Origin: a virus | Lineage: Duplodnaviria; Heunggongvirae; Uroviricota; Caudoviricetes | Virus record (IMG/VR): IMGVR_UViG_2799112923_000001 | DNA: 64,000 bases | Reading direction: 5' to 3' (one strand) | Part shown: positions 21,403 to 31,469 of the stretch, one piece after another | Layout of the letters: each line of letters starts with the position of its first letter | How positions within the stretch are numbered: the first letter of the stretch is position 1 | Translations under genes and position numbers: made by a program | Notes under the pieces: model-generated | The model's database searches: none | Told to the model about the DNA's origin: nothing | What the model saw: the letters and a program-made list of their open reading frames with translations, nothing else

Positions 21403-22005
21403 ATGAATAAAGTAAATTATGAAAAAATGTTGGATGTGATATTTGATGGGGTCACAGAAAAATCTTTCAAACAAAGATATTATGGGCGCAGTTTTAATAA
21501 CGAATATGTTCGTAGGGGCAACATTATAAATGGTTTCACTTGTGTGAATGTTCCAAACAAAATGTATATGGATATTTCCATATACCGATGTACTGTAGTA
21601 AATGATGACCCAAATGATACTACACCAATGACTGTGAACATCAATTTTTACAAACAAACTATCAACCAGCAACATGTTCTTAACCAGCTTTATCATACAG
21701 ATTTCTCAGTAAGTGATTTTATTAAAGAGGCATATACTACAACCAAACGAACATACAAATACACAGTCAATGACGAAAAAGATGCTCTAAAAGTTCGCAA
21801 GGCTATTGAAAATCATATTGAATGGATGAATAATCAAATTGAAACCATTTGTAATATCATTAACAATCTAGACCTCAAAAAAATGGCTGCTAAAATCCAA
21901 GAACTAGAAAATACGATTTCCGAAGCCGAAAAGGTTAGAGATGACTATGTAAACAAATGTGTTCAAACATGTAAGAATGTTCTTCAGCTCGCAAAGGATA
22001 TGTAA
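21403..22005 (+). CDS. DF-tail-like protein (variant), long coiled-coil type
   Basis: Ends QLAKDM after long helix. Confidence 0.55.
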   Translation: MNKVNYEKMLDVIFDGVTEKSFKQRYYGRSFNNEYVRRGNIINGFTCVNVPNKMYMDISIYRCTVVNDDPNDTTPMTVNINFYKQTINQQHVLNQLYHTDFSVSDFIKEAYTTTKRTYKYTVNDEKDALKVRKAIENHIEWMNNQIETICNIINNLDLKKMAAKIQELENTISEAEKVRDDYVNKCVQTCKNVLQLAKDM

Positions 22006-22679
22006 TGTTTTTTAATAAAATAGAATTGGTAAATGTTGATTTGAGAGATACTATACCTGAATCTTCTGTGTGCCATCCTAAATGGTGGGAAGGTAAGAAG
22101 TTCACACCAGTACCATTTCTTGATACAGTTATCAAGACTATTCCAGGTGTAATTGATACAACTGGTTATAGAATTACAGATAGCATATTTAGATATGAAA
22201 TTAAAGTTTGTTGTGGTGAATGGGGTGATTACACCAATTACAGTTCCATAGAATATGATTGTAATATGCTTGATGATTATTTCATAATCTACAATGAATT
22301 GTATTATGATTTTGAAATAACTGATGATTTTATGCCTGAAGTTGTTAGAGCTTCTTTACGAAAGAATGATAAACCTTATGGTTTTGGTGCTTGCGAAAAT
22401 TATATGACTCAAGGCAACCAACTGAAATATGACATTTATTCGTTGGAAGATTTGGATGATTTCAAACAACATGTGATTGGAACTATTAACACATTACAGA
22501 AACAAATTAAAGACAACATAAAGATACATGAGATTTTACATACTGGTGATTTTAAAACCAATATGACTAAATTAAATGAACAACAAAAAGAACTTACTCT
22601 AGCAAAGAAAAATCTTGTAACCAAGACTGCCAAGAGTGTAATGAACCTTATTAAATTGGGAGATGACTTCAATGGCTAA
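22005..22679 (+). CDS. DF-tail family protein, long type
   Basis: Ends KLGDDFNG. Confidence 0.65.
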   Translation: MFFNKIELVNVDLRDTIPESSVCHPKWWEGKKFTPVPFLDTVIKTIPGVIDTTGYRITDSIFRYEIKVCCGEWGDYTNYSSIEYDCNMLDDYFIIYNELYYDFEITDDFMPEVVRASLRKNDKPYGFGACENYMTQGNQLKYDIYSLEDLDDFKQHVIGTINTLQKQIKDNIKIHEILHTGDFKTNMTKLNEQQKELTLAKKNLVTKTAKSVMNLIKLGDDFNG

Positions 22680-23337
22680 AATAGATTGTTGGGATGCAGA
22701 AGCACAACGGGCTCAAACCTTAGATTTGGTACGCCAGTTTTCAAAAGATGTAAAAGAAAAGACTAAGCTCAAGAAAATTCACCCGGTGGATGGTAACACT
22801 ATCATTATTCGTTATTGCGATATTGATTCACCAACCCTTGACCGCTGCCGAGAATTTGTTCAAACTGACAAGCCAATTATTAAACTCAAGTATTACAACA
22901 AATTAGGTAAGTTGTATTTCGCAAAAGTCATTGTTTATCATATCTTGAAGGAAGAAGAAAACATTGATACCTTCCGTTTCTTTATTGATAAACGAATGAG
23001 GGGTAAAAACGATGATGGTAAGTTCTATGATACATCAATGTATCTTTTCACTACCAAGTCTTATAAGACCGAACAGTGCCGATACAACAACGAATCTGAC
23101 GATATTTTTGTAACTCTCAATAAGGTTATCGGCCGAGTGGAACATTCATTCAGTATGTTTGACAACATTCTAAATGATAGTGATGTAACCAACTACACTT
23201 CACAGATGACCGATTTGGATAAAGAAATTGCTGCATTGAATGAAAAGCTGAGCGAATTACATTATCGTAAAAGTGAAGTTAACGGCAAAATGCAACAGGC
23301 TATTAAACTCAAAATTGATGTAATGAAGGATTTCTAA
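22672..23337 (+). CDS. DF-tail family protein, long type
   Basis: Ends DVMKDF. Confidence 0.7.
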   Translation: MAKIDCWDAEAQRAQTLDLVRQFSKDVKEKTKLKKIHPVDGNTIIIRYCDIDSPTLDRCREFVQTDKPIIKLKYYNKLGKLYFAKVIVYHILKEEENIDTFRFFIDKRMRGKNDDGKFYDTSMYLFTTKSYKTEQCRYNNESDDIFVTLNKVIGRVEHSFSMFDNILNDSDVTNYTSQMTDLDKEIAALNEKLSELHYRKSEVNGKMQQAIKLKIDVMKDF

Positions 23338-23951
23338 TGGGAACTGCTAGTAAGATTGTAACATTTGTAAACAAAGTTCTAAACCCATACGGACTAGGAT
23401 TTAAAGAAGCACAATTTAATACAATGTATAACAATAATGAATCAAATGTGTTCATTACTTTTAAAGACATTAAAAATCGCATTCCCATTAGGTTCTTCAA
23501 CATTGACGATGATGCAAGGGTATTCAGTTTCTTTATTACATTGACAAATCATAGATTTAAGAGATTCAATATCACAGCTTATGATTTTTTGCCCCAGTTG
23601 AACATTAACGCAATTAAATCTTATGTAACTAAAATGAAAACAGAAGATGGACCTTCGTCAACCGGGTTTTATAGTCAAAAACTCTTTATGGATAATGTTA
23701 AAGTTGAGATAGATAACGATGCCCAAATTGTTGAGACTTTGACTAAACATATTGGCGAACAAATTGAAGCATACAAGCAACGAATTGCTGACATTGAAGA
23801 TTTTCTTGAAGAACAAGATTTACAGACTTTCGCAAATGAAATCAAAAAGCGAGAAGAAGAAATTTTGGAGAAATCCACATCATTGAGAGATTACAAAGAA
23901 AAGTATTACAAGAATTTGAAACTAATCATTGAAGCCAAGAAGGATTTTTAA
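23337..23951 (+). CDS. DF-tail family protein, long type
   Basis: Ends EAKKDF. Confidence 0.7.
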   Translation: MGTASKIVTFVNKVLNPYGLGFKEAQFNTMYNNNESNVFITFKDIKNRIPIRFFNIDDDARVFSFFITLTNHRFKRFNITAYDFLPQLNINAIKSYVTKMKTEDGPSSTGFYSQKLFMDNVKVEIDNDAQIVETLTKHIGEQIEAYKQRIADIEDFLEEQDLQTFANEIKKREEEILEKSTSLRDYKEKYYKNLKLIIEAKKDF

Positions 23952-24292
23952 TGAAACATATCCATCAAGATTTGATTGATTGGTTGAGAAGTCAACACTT
24001 TCAAGTCAATATAGAAACCAAAAAACCAAATAGTGATTTTTGGGCATCCAAGTATGGTGAAACTTTGCTTTCTTATATTGATGGTGTGTTTTCTTATAGT
24101 GATTATCAACCATCCATTGATGCTATAACTGATTTTCAATATGATTATAATGAACTTGACGATTATAATATAGAGGAAGTTCATAATGTAATAAAAGGAG
24201 CTGTATCACGATTTGATGAATGGCTATTTTTTAAAACAGATTTAGGTAGAAAAGTAAGAAAAAGTTTAGACGAAATAAAGAAGGATTTTTAA
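23951..24292 (+). CDS. DF-tail family protein
   Basis: Ends EIKKDF. Confidence 0.7.
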   Translation: MKHIHQDLIDWLRSQHFQVNIETKKPNSDFWASKYGETLLSYIDGVFSYSDYQPSIDAITDFQYDYNELDDYNIEEVHNVIKGAVSRFDEWLFFKTDLGRKVRKSLDEIKKDF

Positions 24293-24293
24293 T

Positions 24294-24998
24294 ATGAAAC
24301 TAAATGATTTGATAGACCCTTCCAATACAAAACAACGAATAGCAAGATATAGAGAAAAAATGAATGACGAGATTTATTCATTTTTAGATTCGTTTAAGTG
24401 TAATGGTGAAGAACTTGTAGTGAACCAGTTGTATGATGGTGGTTCTGATAAGAAAAAAATTTATATTGATAAAATGTGTTATAGAATAAATTTTGCTGAT
24501 AACCCAGGATTTCAAAAGATTGCTGAAAAATTGCGAGGCGAAATTCGTGTATCTGTTGGTTATGATATAGAAGTTAGGGTTAAAGTTCCTTCAATGAATA
24601 TGTTAAGCAATTACAACAATTATATTAATGATGTTGTAACGTCTAAACTGAATAATACAGAAATTCATACTTGGGGTACTACTGATTTTTGGATAGAACC
24701 ACAGGTCATTACAAAACGAGTAATGACAGTTCCCACAGCAACAAAGTATATTCAAAAATTCTTTGATTTCTCAGTTGATACAATTCAAAAGGGATTGACA
24801 TGGAGCCAGTCAAAAGAAATTCAAGATGTGATTGAATTTACATATCAAAAGAAATTAGTAATAAAAGATTACGATAACCAGATAGGAAAATTGTGTACTG
24901 AACGAAACAAAATAGAGCGAGAACTGGACACATATAACGGAAAGTTGATTGAAAATTTCAAAAAAGAACGAGAAATGATGAAAGATTTCCAAATGTAA
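24294..24998 (+). CDS. DF-tail family protein, long type
   Basis: Ends EMMKDFQM. Confidence 0.7.
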   Translation: MKLNDLIDPSNTKQRIARYREKMNDEIYSFLDSFKCNGEELVVNQLYDGGSDKKKIYIDKMCYRINFADNPGFQKIAEKLRGEIRVSVGYDIEVRVKVPSMNMLSNYNNYINDVVTSKLNNTEIHTWGTTDFWIEPQVITKRVMTVPTATKYIQKFFDFSVDTIQKGLTWSQSKEIQDVIEFTYQKKLVIKDYDNQIGKLCTERNKIERELDTYNGKLIENFKKEREMMKDFQM

Positions 24999-25059
24999 AG
25001 AAATTTTTACACAATTTTACATTATTTCTATTGACAATGGACTAACAATTTACTATATT
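24994..25059 (+). promoter_or_regulatory. Palindrome + promoter cassette upstream of pncB
   Basis: Palindrome 24994-25011; TTGACA 25031; TATATT 25054. Confidence 0.85.
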
Positions 25060-25089
25060 ATACTCAAACTTTAACAAAAGAGGTAAACT

Positions 25090-26499
25090 ATGGCAATTAC
25101 AAAGGCAAAGCAGATTAAGAAGAATGACATTAAGAAGCAGAAGCAGGTAAAGAAGGTAGCCACCACCACGAAGAAGCCCACGAAGCTCAAGGTCCATGAT
25201 GGTGCGGATTTTTATGCTCACAAGCATATCATAAACTATCTTACAGAAACTGATCTTTACAAGTTCACCCAGCAGCAATTTTATGTTCACCGTCGCCCAA
25301 ACGATAGAGCGAAGTGGGAATTTAAGTGCCGAACCAAGGGTGTGAATCTCGCTCCACTCTGTAAGCGAATTAATGAAGAATTGGATTGGCTTTGTTCTTT
25401 GAAGTTCCAGTCTTGGGAATTGGATTGGTTTAAGAAGCAGGATTATTTCTCTCACGATTATGTGGAATTTCTTGAAGATTTCCAGTTGAAGCGCCGTCAT
25501 ATCAAGTGTTTCACTGACAAGAAGAATACCACTCTCTTTGTAGAGGCAGAAGGTTCTCAAAAGAATGTTTCTCCGTTTGAGATTTATGTTCTCCATATTG
25601 TTCAGGCTCTTTGGATGGCCGATGAAGAACTTGATTGGGAAAAAGCAAAAACAAATCTTGACAACGAAATTATGAAGGTCAATGCTGCTACCCGAGCTGG
25701 CATTATTTTCACGATTTCCGATTTCTCTGTTCGCCGCACTATTTCTTCCGACTGGGAAGATTATATGGTTGGTCGCATGTTGGCTATGTGCCCGGCATTT
25801 GTTGGAACTAGCAACGTCTATCTCGCCATTAAGCATAACTGCAAGGCGATTGGCACCTTCGCTCACGAATTGGATGCTACCTACCAGGGATTGGATAGTG
25901 TGCCGGTAGCAAATGCCCAGAAGCAGAAGCTCACAGATTGGGCAGACGAATACGATGGCAAGTTGGGTATCGCACTCAGCGATAACTATGGTTTCAAGAG
26001 TTTCTTGGAAGATTTCGGTCTCAAGTTCGCAAAACTCTTTGATGGTTGCAGGCACGATAGCGGTGACCCAATTCGCTGGGGTGAGATGTTGATTGCCCAT
26101 TACAAGAAGTTGGGCATTGACCCTCGTTCCAAGGTGGCATGTTGGAGTGATAGTCTTGACATTGACAAGGCTCTCGCCATCGCAAAGCACTTCAATGGTC
26201 GCATCAAGATTGCTTTCGGTATCGGAACATATCTCGGTGCCACTGTATGTGGAACAAAGAAGAAGCCATTGAGCATGGTTATGAAGGTTGTGGAAGTTAA
26301 TGGTAAGCCAGTTGTGAAGCTCTCGGATAGCACTGGTAAGACTATGTGCCACGATGAAGGCTACATCAACTATGTTAAGGCAGTCTACAACTATAAGAGC
26401 ATTGACGATATGACTACTGAAGAAATTCGTGCTATGCTCCCTGCTTTCGTAGATGTTTGGCTCAAGGACATCTACACTCCAGTTGGTGAAGCAGCCTAA
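25090..26499 (+). CDS. pncB: Nicotinate phosphoribosyltransferase
   Basis: TDLYKFT, DFS.RR, GTSNV, GTFAHE, IALSD, G.RHDSGDP, SDSL, FGIGT, K.VEVNG.PV.KLSD..GK; K-rich N-terminal extension. Confidence 0.92.
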   Translation: MAITKAKQIKKNDIKKQKQVKKVATTTKKPTKLKVHDGADFYAHKHIINYLTETDLYKFTQQQFYVHRRPNDRAKWEFKCRTKGVNLAPLCKRINEELDWLCSLKFQSWELDWFKKQDYFSHDYVEFLEDFQLKRRHIKCFTDKKNTTLFVEAEGSQKNVSPFEIYVLHIVQALWMADEELDWEKAKTNLDNEIMKVNAATRAGIIFTISDFSVRRTISSDWEDYMVGRMLAMCPAFVGTSNVYLAIKHNCKAIGTFAHELDATYQGLDSVPVANAQKQKLTDWADEYDGKLGIALSDNYGFKSFLEDFGLKFAKLFDGCRHDSGDPIRWGEMLIAHYKKLGIDPRSKVACWSDSLDIDKALAIAKHFNGRIKIAFGIGTYLGATVCGTKKKPLSMVMKVVEVNGKPVVKLSDSTGKTMCHDEGYINYVKAVYNYKSIDDMTTEEIRAMLPAFVDVWLKDIYTPVGEAA

Positions 26500-26831
26500 T
26501 GGATGTAACAGAATATAAAAAATTGAGTGAGATTAGATTCCATATACAACATAATGGAGTCTACTTACTCAAATTTTATAATCTGTATAATACCCATAAT
26601 GATAAACTTTTAAAGGCTTTTATTGAAGAATTTGATTACGAAGGTTTCTGTTCAGTTGAAGGACAAAAGTTAGATTTGGATTATGTTTTAGAAATAGTCA
26701 AGTCTAAAACAGAAAATGTTGTAACAAACAAAGTAATTGAATTGATTAAGAAAGATGTGAATACAGACCTTTTAGTAAAAGAAATAAAAGCATTTGTAAA
26801 TGAACTAGCCATAAAGAAAGACTTTGATTGA
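26499..26831 (+). CDS. DF-tail family protein
   Basis: Ends AIKKDFD. Confidence 0.7.
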   Translation: MDVTEYKKLSEIRFHIQHNGVYLLKFYNLYNTHNDKLLKAFIEEFDYEGFCSVEGQKLDLDYVLEIVKSKTENVVTNKVIELIKKDVNTDLLVKEIKAFVNELAIKKDFD

Positions 26832-27150
26832 GAGGTACACAATGTTTTGGAAAAAGAAAACTCCCCAAATTGTTGAACCAGTATATTTGAAGAATGACAA
26901 GGGTGCACTCGTTGGTGTTCGTATGGGAGAGAAGGAATTTCGTCTCGCAGCATACGATTTAATGATGTGTAATAACCCAGGTCAAAAGATTATCTACATG
27001 TATGACAAGTTGGGAAACAAAGTTGCCTGGGATATCAGATCTTTTGAAGAACTAGACAATATGTTGCGAACAAGTTTCCAGCCACAATAAAATTCACCTT
27101 TGGTTTATTCATTGGTTTTGTGGCTAATAAATAGATTAAAGGAAAATTTT

Positions 27151-27600
27151 ATGAAAGAATTAAGTTGTGGTTTTATTATTGTGAATAAAAAGAATCCAAA
27201 ACAGATTTTGGCTTGCCAGCCAAATGGAAGAAAGGCCAACTGTTTTGGTAATTATGATATTCCAAAAGGACATATTGAAAAGGGCGAAACCACCTTGAAT
27301 GCCGCAGTTCGTGAATTACAAGAAGAAACCGGCTATAAAATCAAGAATGAACAAATTTATGATTGTGGTCTTTTTCAGTATATAAAGAATAAAGATTTGT
27401 ATGTTTATTTGATGTTCTCAGATCTTGACATTGGGTCATTACATTGTGATAGTACATTTGAATTACACGGTAGAATGGTCCCGGAAGTAGTCAATTACAA
27501 GTGGACTGACGATGTTCGTTTATTCTATAAATCTTTACAACCAATTATTGAAGAATGTTTAGACCACTTTGAAGAAGGATATTATGAAGAAGTTAGTTAA
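27151..27600 (+). CDS. Nudix hydrolase
   Basis: SCGFII and Nudix box PKGHIEKGETTLNAAVRELQEETG. Confidence 0.9.
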   Translation: MKELSCGFIIVNKKNPKQILACQPNGRKANCFGNYDIPKGHIEKGETTLNAAVRELQEETGYKIKNEQIYDCGLFQYIKNKDLYVYLMFSDLDIGSLHCDSTFELHGRMVPEVVNYKWTDDVRLFYKSLQPIIEECLDHFEEGYYEEVS

Positions 27601-27714
27601 AGTTTTATTTGGTGTTTTGGGTGTAACTGCTACAGTTTACTTTTTCAAGCAGGAAAAGAGAACTATCAAGAATTTACGCCGAAACATTGATGAACTAATC
27701 AAAAAGAAAATGGT

Positions 27715-28329
27715 ATGATTACTATAACAAATGATGTTCCATATTGCAACGAAGAAATAGATTTATCTGTTATCGCAGATATTTTCCATAAACTATTTCC
27801 TAGTTATAATCTAACAAACAAATTATCTTTGACTCATTATAAAGACAAAGATTATTTCTCATTAACCGGTTGGTGTGGTGATTTGAAACCTTCAATTCGT
27901 AAGATAATTGAACAAACACCACTAATTGAAGACTGGGAAAATGCTGAATGTTTGCGTTTTAGATTTTGTTATGAAACAAATAATAATAAATGGTGTGCCG
28001 ATACATGGAACACAGTTTGTAAGTATTTTATCTTTAACATGGATGGCAAATATAATTTAGTTCAGCAGAACGATTATCACCGAATGTTGCCAGTTTATGA
28101 GAATCACTTTTCAGGATTTTCTACAGCAAGAAAATATCTTACAGATAGTGAAGAAAAAATGAAAAAAGGGTTTAACTGTGTTAAACATTTGTGTAAAATG
28201 CTTAAAGATGGTGGAATTATGGCTAATCTTGAAAAATTAACAGAAATGCGAGATTCCATTAAAGAACTTGAAGAAAAAACACTACAAATGATTGACACTT
28301 ACGATAAAATTAACTCAGATTTCAATTAA
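27715..28329 (+). CDS. DF-tail family protein, long type
   Basis: Ends KINSDFN. Confidence 0.65.
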   Translation: MITITNDVPYCNEEIDLSVIADIFHKLFPSYNLTNKLSLTHYKDKDYFSLTGWCGDLKPSIRKIIEQTPLIEDWENAECLRFRFCYETNNNKWCADTWNTVCKYFIFNMDGKYNLVQQNDYHRMLPVYENHFSGFSTARKYLTDSEEKMKKGFNCVKHLCKMLKDGGIMANLEKLTEMRDSIKELEEKTLQMIDTYDKINSDFN

Positions 28330-28395
28330 TGTAAACAATTATTTACACAATTTATACATTGGGCTATTGACAAATAGTCCAATTTTTTCTATATT
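28330..28395 (+). promoter_or_regulatory. Palindrome + promoter cassette upstream of nadD-Nudix
   Basis: Palindrome 28330-28347; TTGACA 28367 in hairpin; TATATT 28390. Confidence 0.85.
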
Positions 28396-28429
28396 TAACT
28401 TAGATAACAACAAACCAAGAGGATTAACT

Positions 28430-29515
28430 ATGATTTATTACTATGGACTTTCTGCCGACCCAATTACTATTGCCCACATTGACATTCTTAAATCCATTTA
28501 CAAGCGCCTGGGTGAGAACGATAAACTCATGATTGGTGTTGTAAACAATGACGAAAAGAATTACAAAGCTCTCGGCTCCGACCGAATGGCTATGGTGTTT
28601 GAAATGCTCCATGCCAAGTTTGATATGGAAAAGGGCAACATTGAAGTTAAGAACCAAAACGATAGAACATACAAGTTCTTGTGTGATTATATCGCAGCTA
28701 ATGATTTGACCATGAAGGACATTACTATTGTTGTTGGTCAGGACGAATGGAACTCTCTTTGTTCCGGTAAGTGGGTTAATTGGGACCTGCTTTTGAAGCA
28801 TTTTGAATTTCTTGCTTTTTGGCGAGAAGGAATGGATGACACGATTGTTATGCCTAAGTTTGGTGTGAATGTTGAATTTACATCTTTCAACATTACCCAT
28901 TCTGTTAGTTCGTCTAAGGTTCGTGATATTCTCTCCCGAAACCCCGATTGCCACTATGAAGATGTGAAGGATTATATCACTCACCAGGCGTTCCGTTATA
29001 TCAAGGAACACAAACTCTACAACCAAAATTCGTTTGACTATGATAAGGAAGAAGCAAAATTTCTCCAGGATTACGCAGTAGCCAAGCAGAAGAATGGTTG
29101 GGGTGAACCATCGGTCACCACAGATACGATTGCTTACAATGGCGAACAGATTTTGCTAATTCGTAGAAAGAAACCTCCATTCCAAAACTTTTGGGCCCTA
29201 CCTGGTGGTTTCTTTGAAAAGACCGACGAAGATTTGAATTATGGTGCTGCCCGAGAACTTCGTGAAGAAACATCTCTTGATATGGACCCGGAACAGTTCG
29301 TACAAATTAAGACCTATGGACACAATTTTGACCCGCGTATGAAGATTGTTGATACTGCGTTTAGTGTTCGTATTCCAAAGAAGATGATGGACAAGGCAAA
29401 AGCTGATGACGATGCTGCTGAACATCGTTGGTTCAACATTAACGATTTGCCGAAGCTTGCTTTCCACCACGAAATGATTATCAAGGATTGGCTTCGCAAG
29501 AAGGAGAACTCCTAA
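28430..29515 (+). CDS. nadD: NadD-type nicotinate-nucleotide adenylyltransferase fused to ADP-ribose-type Nudix hydrolase
   Basis: GLSADPITIAH, VVGQD..W..W, SSSKVR, YIKEHKLY; then PSVTTD, LLIRR..PF..WALPGGF, ARELREET, DPR, DDA, LAFHH. Confidence 0.85.
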   Translation: MIYYYGLSADPITIAHIDILKSIYKRLGENDKLMIGVVNNDEKNYKALGSDRMAMVFEMLHAKFDMEKGNIEVKNQNDRTYKFLCDYIAANDLTMKDITIVVGQDEWNSLCSGKWVNWDLLLKHFEFLAFWREGMDDTIVMPKFGVNVEFTSFNITHSVSSSKVRDILSRNPDCHYEDVKDYITHQAFRYIKEHKLYNQNSFDYDKEEAKFLQDYAVAKQKNGWGEPSVTTDTIAYNGEQILLIRRKKPPFQNFWALPGGFFEKTDEDLNYGAARELREETSLDMDPEQFVQIKTYGHNFDPRMKIVDTAFSVRIPKKMMDKAKADDDAAEHRWFNINDLPKLAFHHEMIIKDWLRKKENS

Positions 29516-29736
29516 TGGAATTGATTTCACTGTTAATGATTGCTAACATTGTAGTTCATCTCGGGCCGTTCCTGGGGCTATTCCTGCGAAGCACGAATAT
29601 GCTAAAGTTCATGCTCATTACAGATGTAATCATTACATTAGCCAACATTTTCTGTTGCCCAATTTCCGCTATCATTTGGGGATTTATGACCTATGTAGAC
29701 TGGAAAGAACATGGCTACATTTTCAGGGGGTAATGT

Positions 29737-30156
29737 ATGTTTCGTTATGACAAAGTAGAAAAAGTATGTAATAAATACGGCTATTTGATTGAATTGTGTA
29801 CATACAATTACTCAAAGAGGTTCGTAATTCTTACATACGATACACGATGCAAACAGGGCAAAGTTCCAGTTGGCTATATTGAATTTGAAGATATTATTAC
29901 AAGAGATGGTGTTCAGTATGTAAAGAAAATTCATTTGTATAGTGAATTAACAATGAATGTTGAAAGCAACAGTATCAAACCTGAAGATTGGCATGCGAGT
30001 GAACACGAATTTTATTTGTTCTTGGTGAAATGGCGACTGAAGAAATTCCGTAAACAAATTGACGATTTTGATTCCCATATCACTTTTTTAGAAACACATA
30101 ACAAGAAACAAAAAGCAAACAAACTAGAAATGGATGCTGACAAAGATTTCAAATAA
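29737..30156 (+). CDS. DF-tail family protein
   Basis: Ends DADKDFK. Confidence 0.7.
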   Translation: MFRYDKVEKVCNKYGYLIELCTYNYSKRFVILTYDTRCKQGKVPVGYIEFEDIITRDGVQYVKKIHLYSELTMNVESNSIKPEDWHASEHEFYLFLVKWRLKKFRKQIDDFDSHITFLETHNKKQKANKLEMDADKDFK

Positions 30157-30711
30157 GGAGAAATAACTATGAAGTTTAAGACTGTAATCTATGTAACGAA
30201 AGATAACTCCCCAGGCATTGATTCATGGGCCGAAAAGAAGTACGATGAACAGTTTAATCGTATTGATGGAACGGTAGAAAATGAAGAAGAATGGAATAAA
30301 TTTTGGACTGATGTAAAGACCAATTTGGTAGATAACATTGATACTTCGCCATATTTTATTGCTATGGTTTTCAATGAACTCGGCGATAACATTATCAATT
30401 TCTCTGCTGAAGATTTATCAGATGACCCAGATGCTATGGGCTATGGTTCTTCTTATGGTAAGGATTGGAGTTGGGTATCTACCAAGGAGCCATTACAGAC
30501 AAAAGAAGAATATGAAGAATGGCAGGAGAATTTCTTTTAATGGTTTCCAAGTACATTCACTATTTCAAATTTACAGATGGTCATAACGATTACGAAGCCA
30601 AAATTGAAAACGATGACGATGCTGAAACATTCAAGAATTGTGTAAATCGTTGCCGGGAAAAGGTTTTCGGACCTGCTGGTATTTCTGTAACGGAAATTAG
30701 AACGGAGTTGC

Positions 30712-31092
30712 GTGATGATTAAACTTAGAAGAATTAGCGAAACTGAGTTTATTAATGCTCTTGAAAAGACTGCTCGGGAACTGGGTTATACAGTAGAACG
30801 AAAAGACTATACTGATTTCAAGGAAACATACACATTCCAGGTGTTTCATACTATGAAACTTCCAACACATAAAAACGAAATTTTGGGTATCATTAAAACT
30901 TTTACGGATGGTGATACTGAATGTTGGAGATTCCAATTCAATAAAGATGACCATCCTGATTGGGCTATGTGTGGTATAAGATTCAATTATAAGTATTTGG
31001 AAATTTTCAAGAAGTATCTAATTGAGTTTTCAAAGAACTATAAGCAGTATTTGGAATGGCAAAATCTCAAGGACTTAAAGGAAGATTTTTAA
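30712..31092 (+). CDS. DF-tail family protein
   Basis: Ends DLKEDF. Confidence 0.7.
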   Translation: MMIKLRRISETEFINALEKTARELGYTVERKDYTDFKETYTFQVFHTMKLPTHKNEILGIIKTFTDGDTECWRFQFNKDDHPDWAMCGIRFNYKYLEIFKKYLIEFSKNYKQYLEWQNLKDLKEDF

Positions 31093-31469
31093 TGAAGAAA
31101 GAAATTTCTTTTAAAGATTATCGTCAGTTTATGCTAGACCAAGGACTATCTTATGAAAGTTCTATTGATTATGATGAAGATGCACAGCTTAATGGTTGGG
31201 TATTTAAACATGGTCAGTATACATTCTATTTGGTTGATTTGACTGAACCAATGCGACCAAATGACATAGAACCTTCAATCTATGAATTTGCTGAAGGGTT
31301 TAACCATGAAACTATGGAAATTAACCAGCTCATTACAGATGACGATGAATATGCTGCTAAACACCCAAAGACTTTTAAAGAATTTAAAAAGATGTTAACT
31401 GAGAGCATTAAAGATTTGAAATCCTATGTAAATCAGATTGACATTGATAAAATCAAGGAAGATTTCTAA
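31092..31469 (+). CDS. DF-tail family protein
   Basis: Ends KIKEDF. Confidence 0.7.
   Translation: MKKEISFKDYRQFMLDQGLSYESSIDYDEDAQLNGWVFKHGQYTFYLVDLTEPMRPNDIEPSIYEFAEGFNHETMEINQLITDDDEYAAKHPKTFKEFKKMLTESIKDLKSYVNQIDIDKIKEDF

Noticed and set aside
25042-26352. 436-aa minus-strand ORF, and similar ones at 15321-16004, 28424-29026, 34172-35011 and 38577-39137
   Set aside because: Antisense shadows of well-supported + strand enzymes, with no RBS, promoter or recognisable motifs
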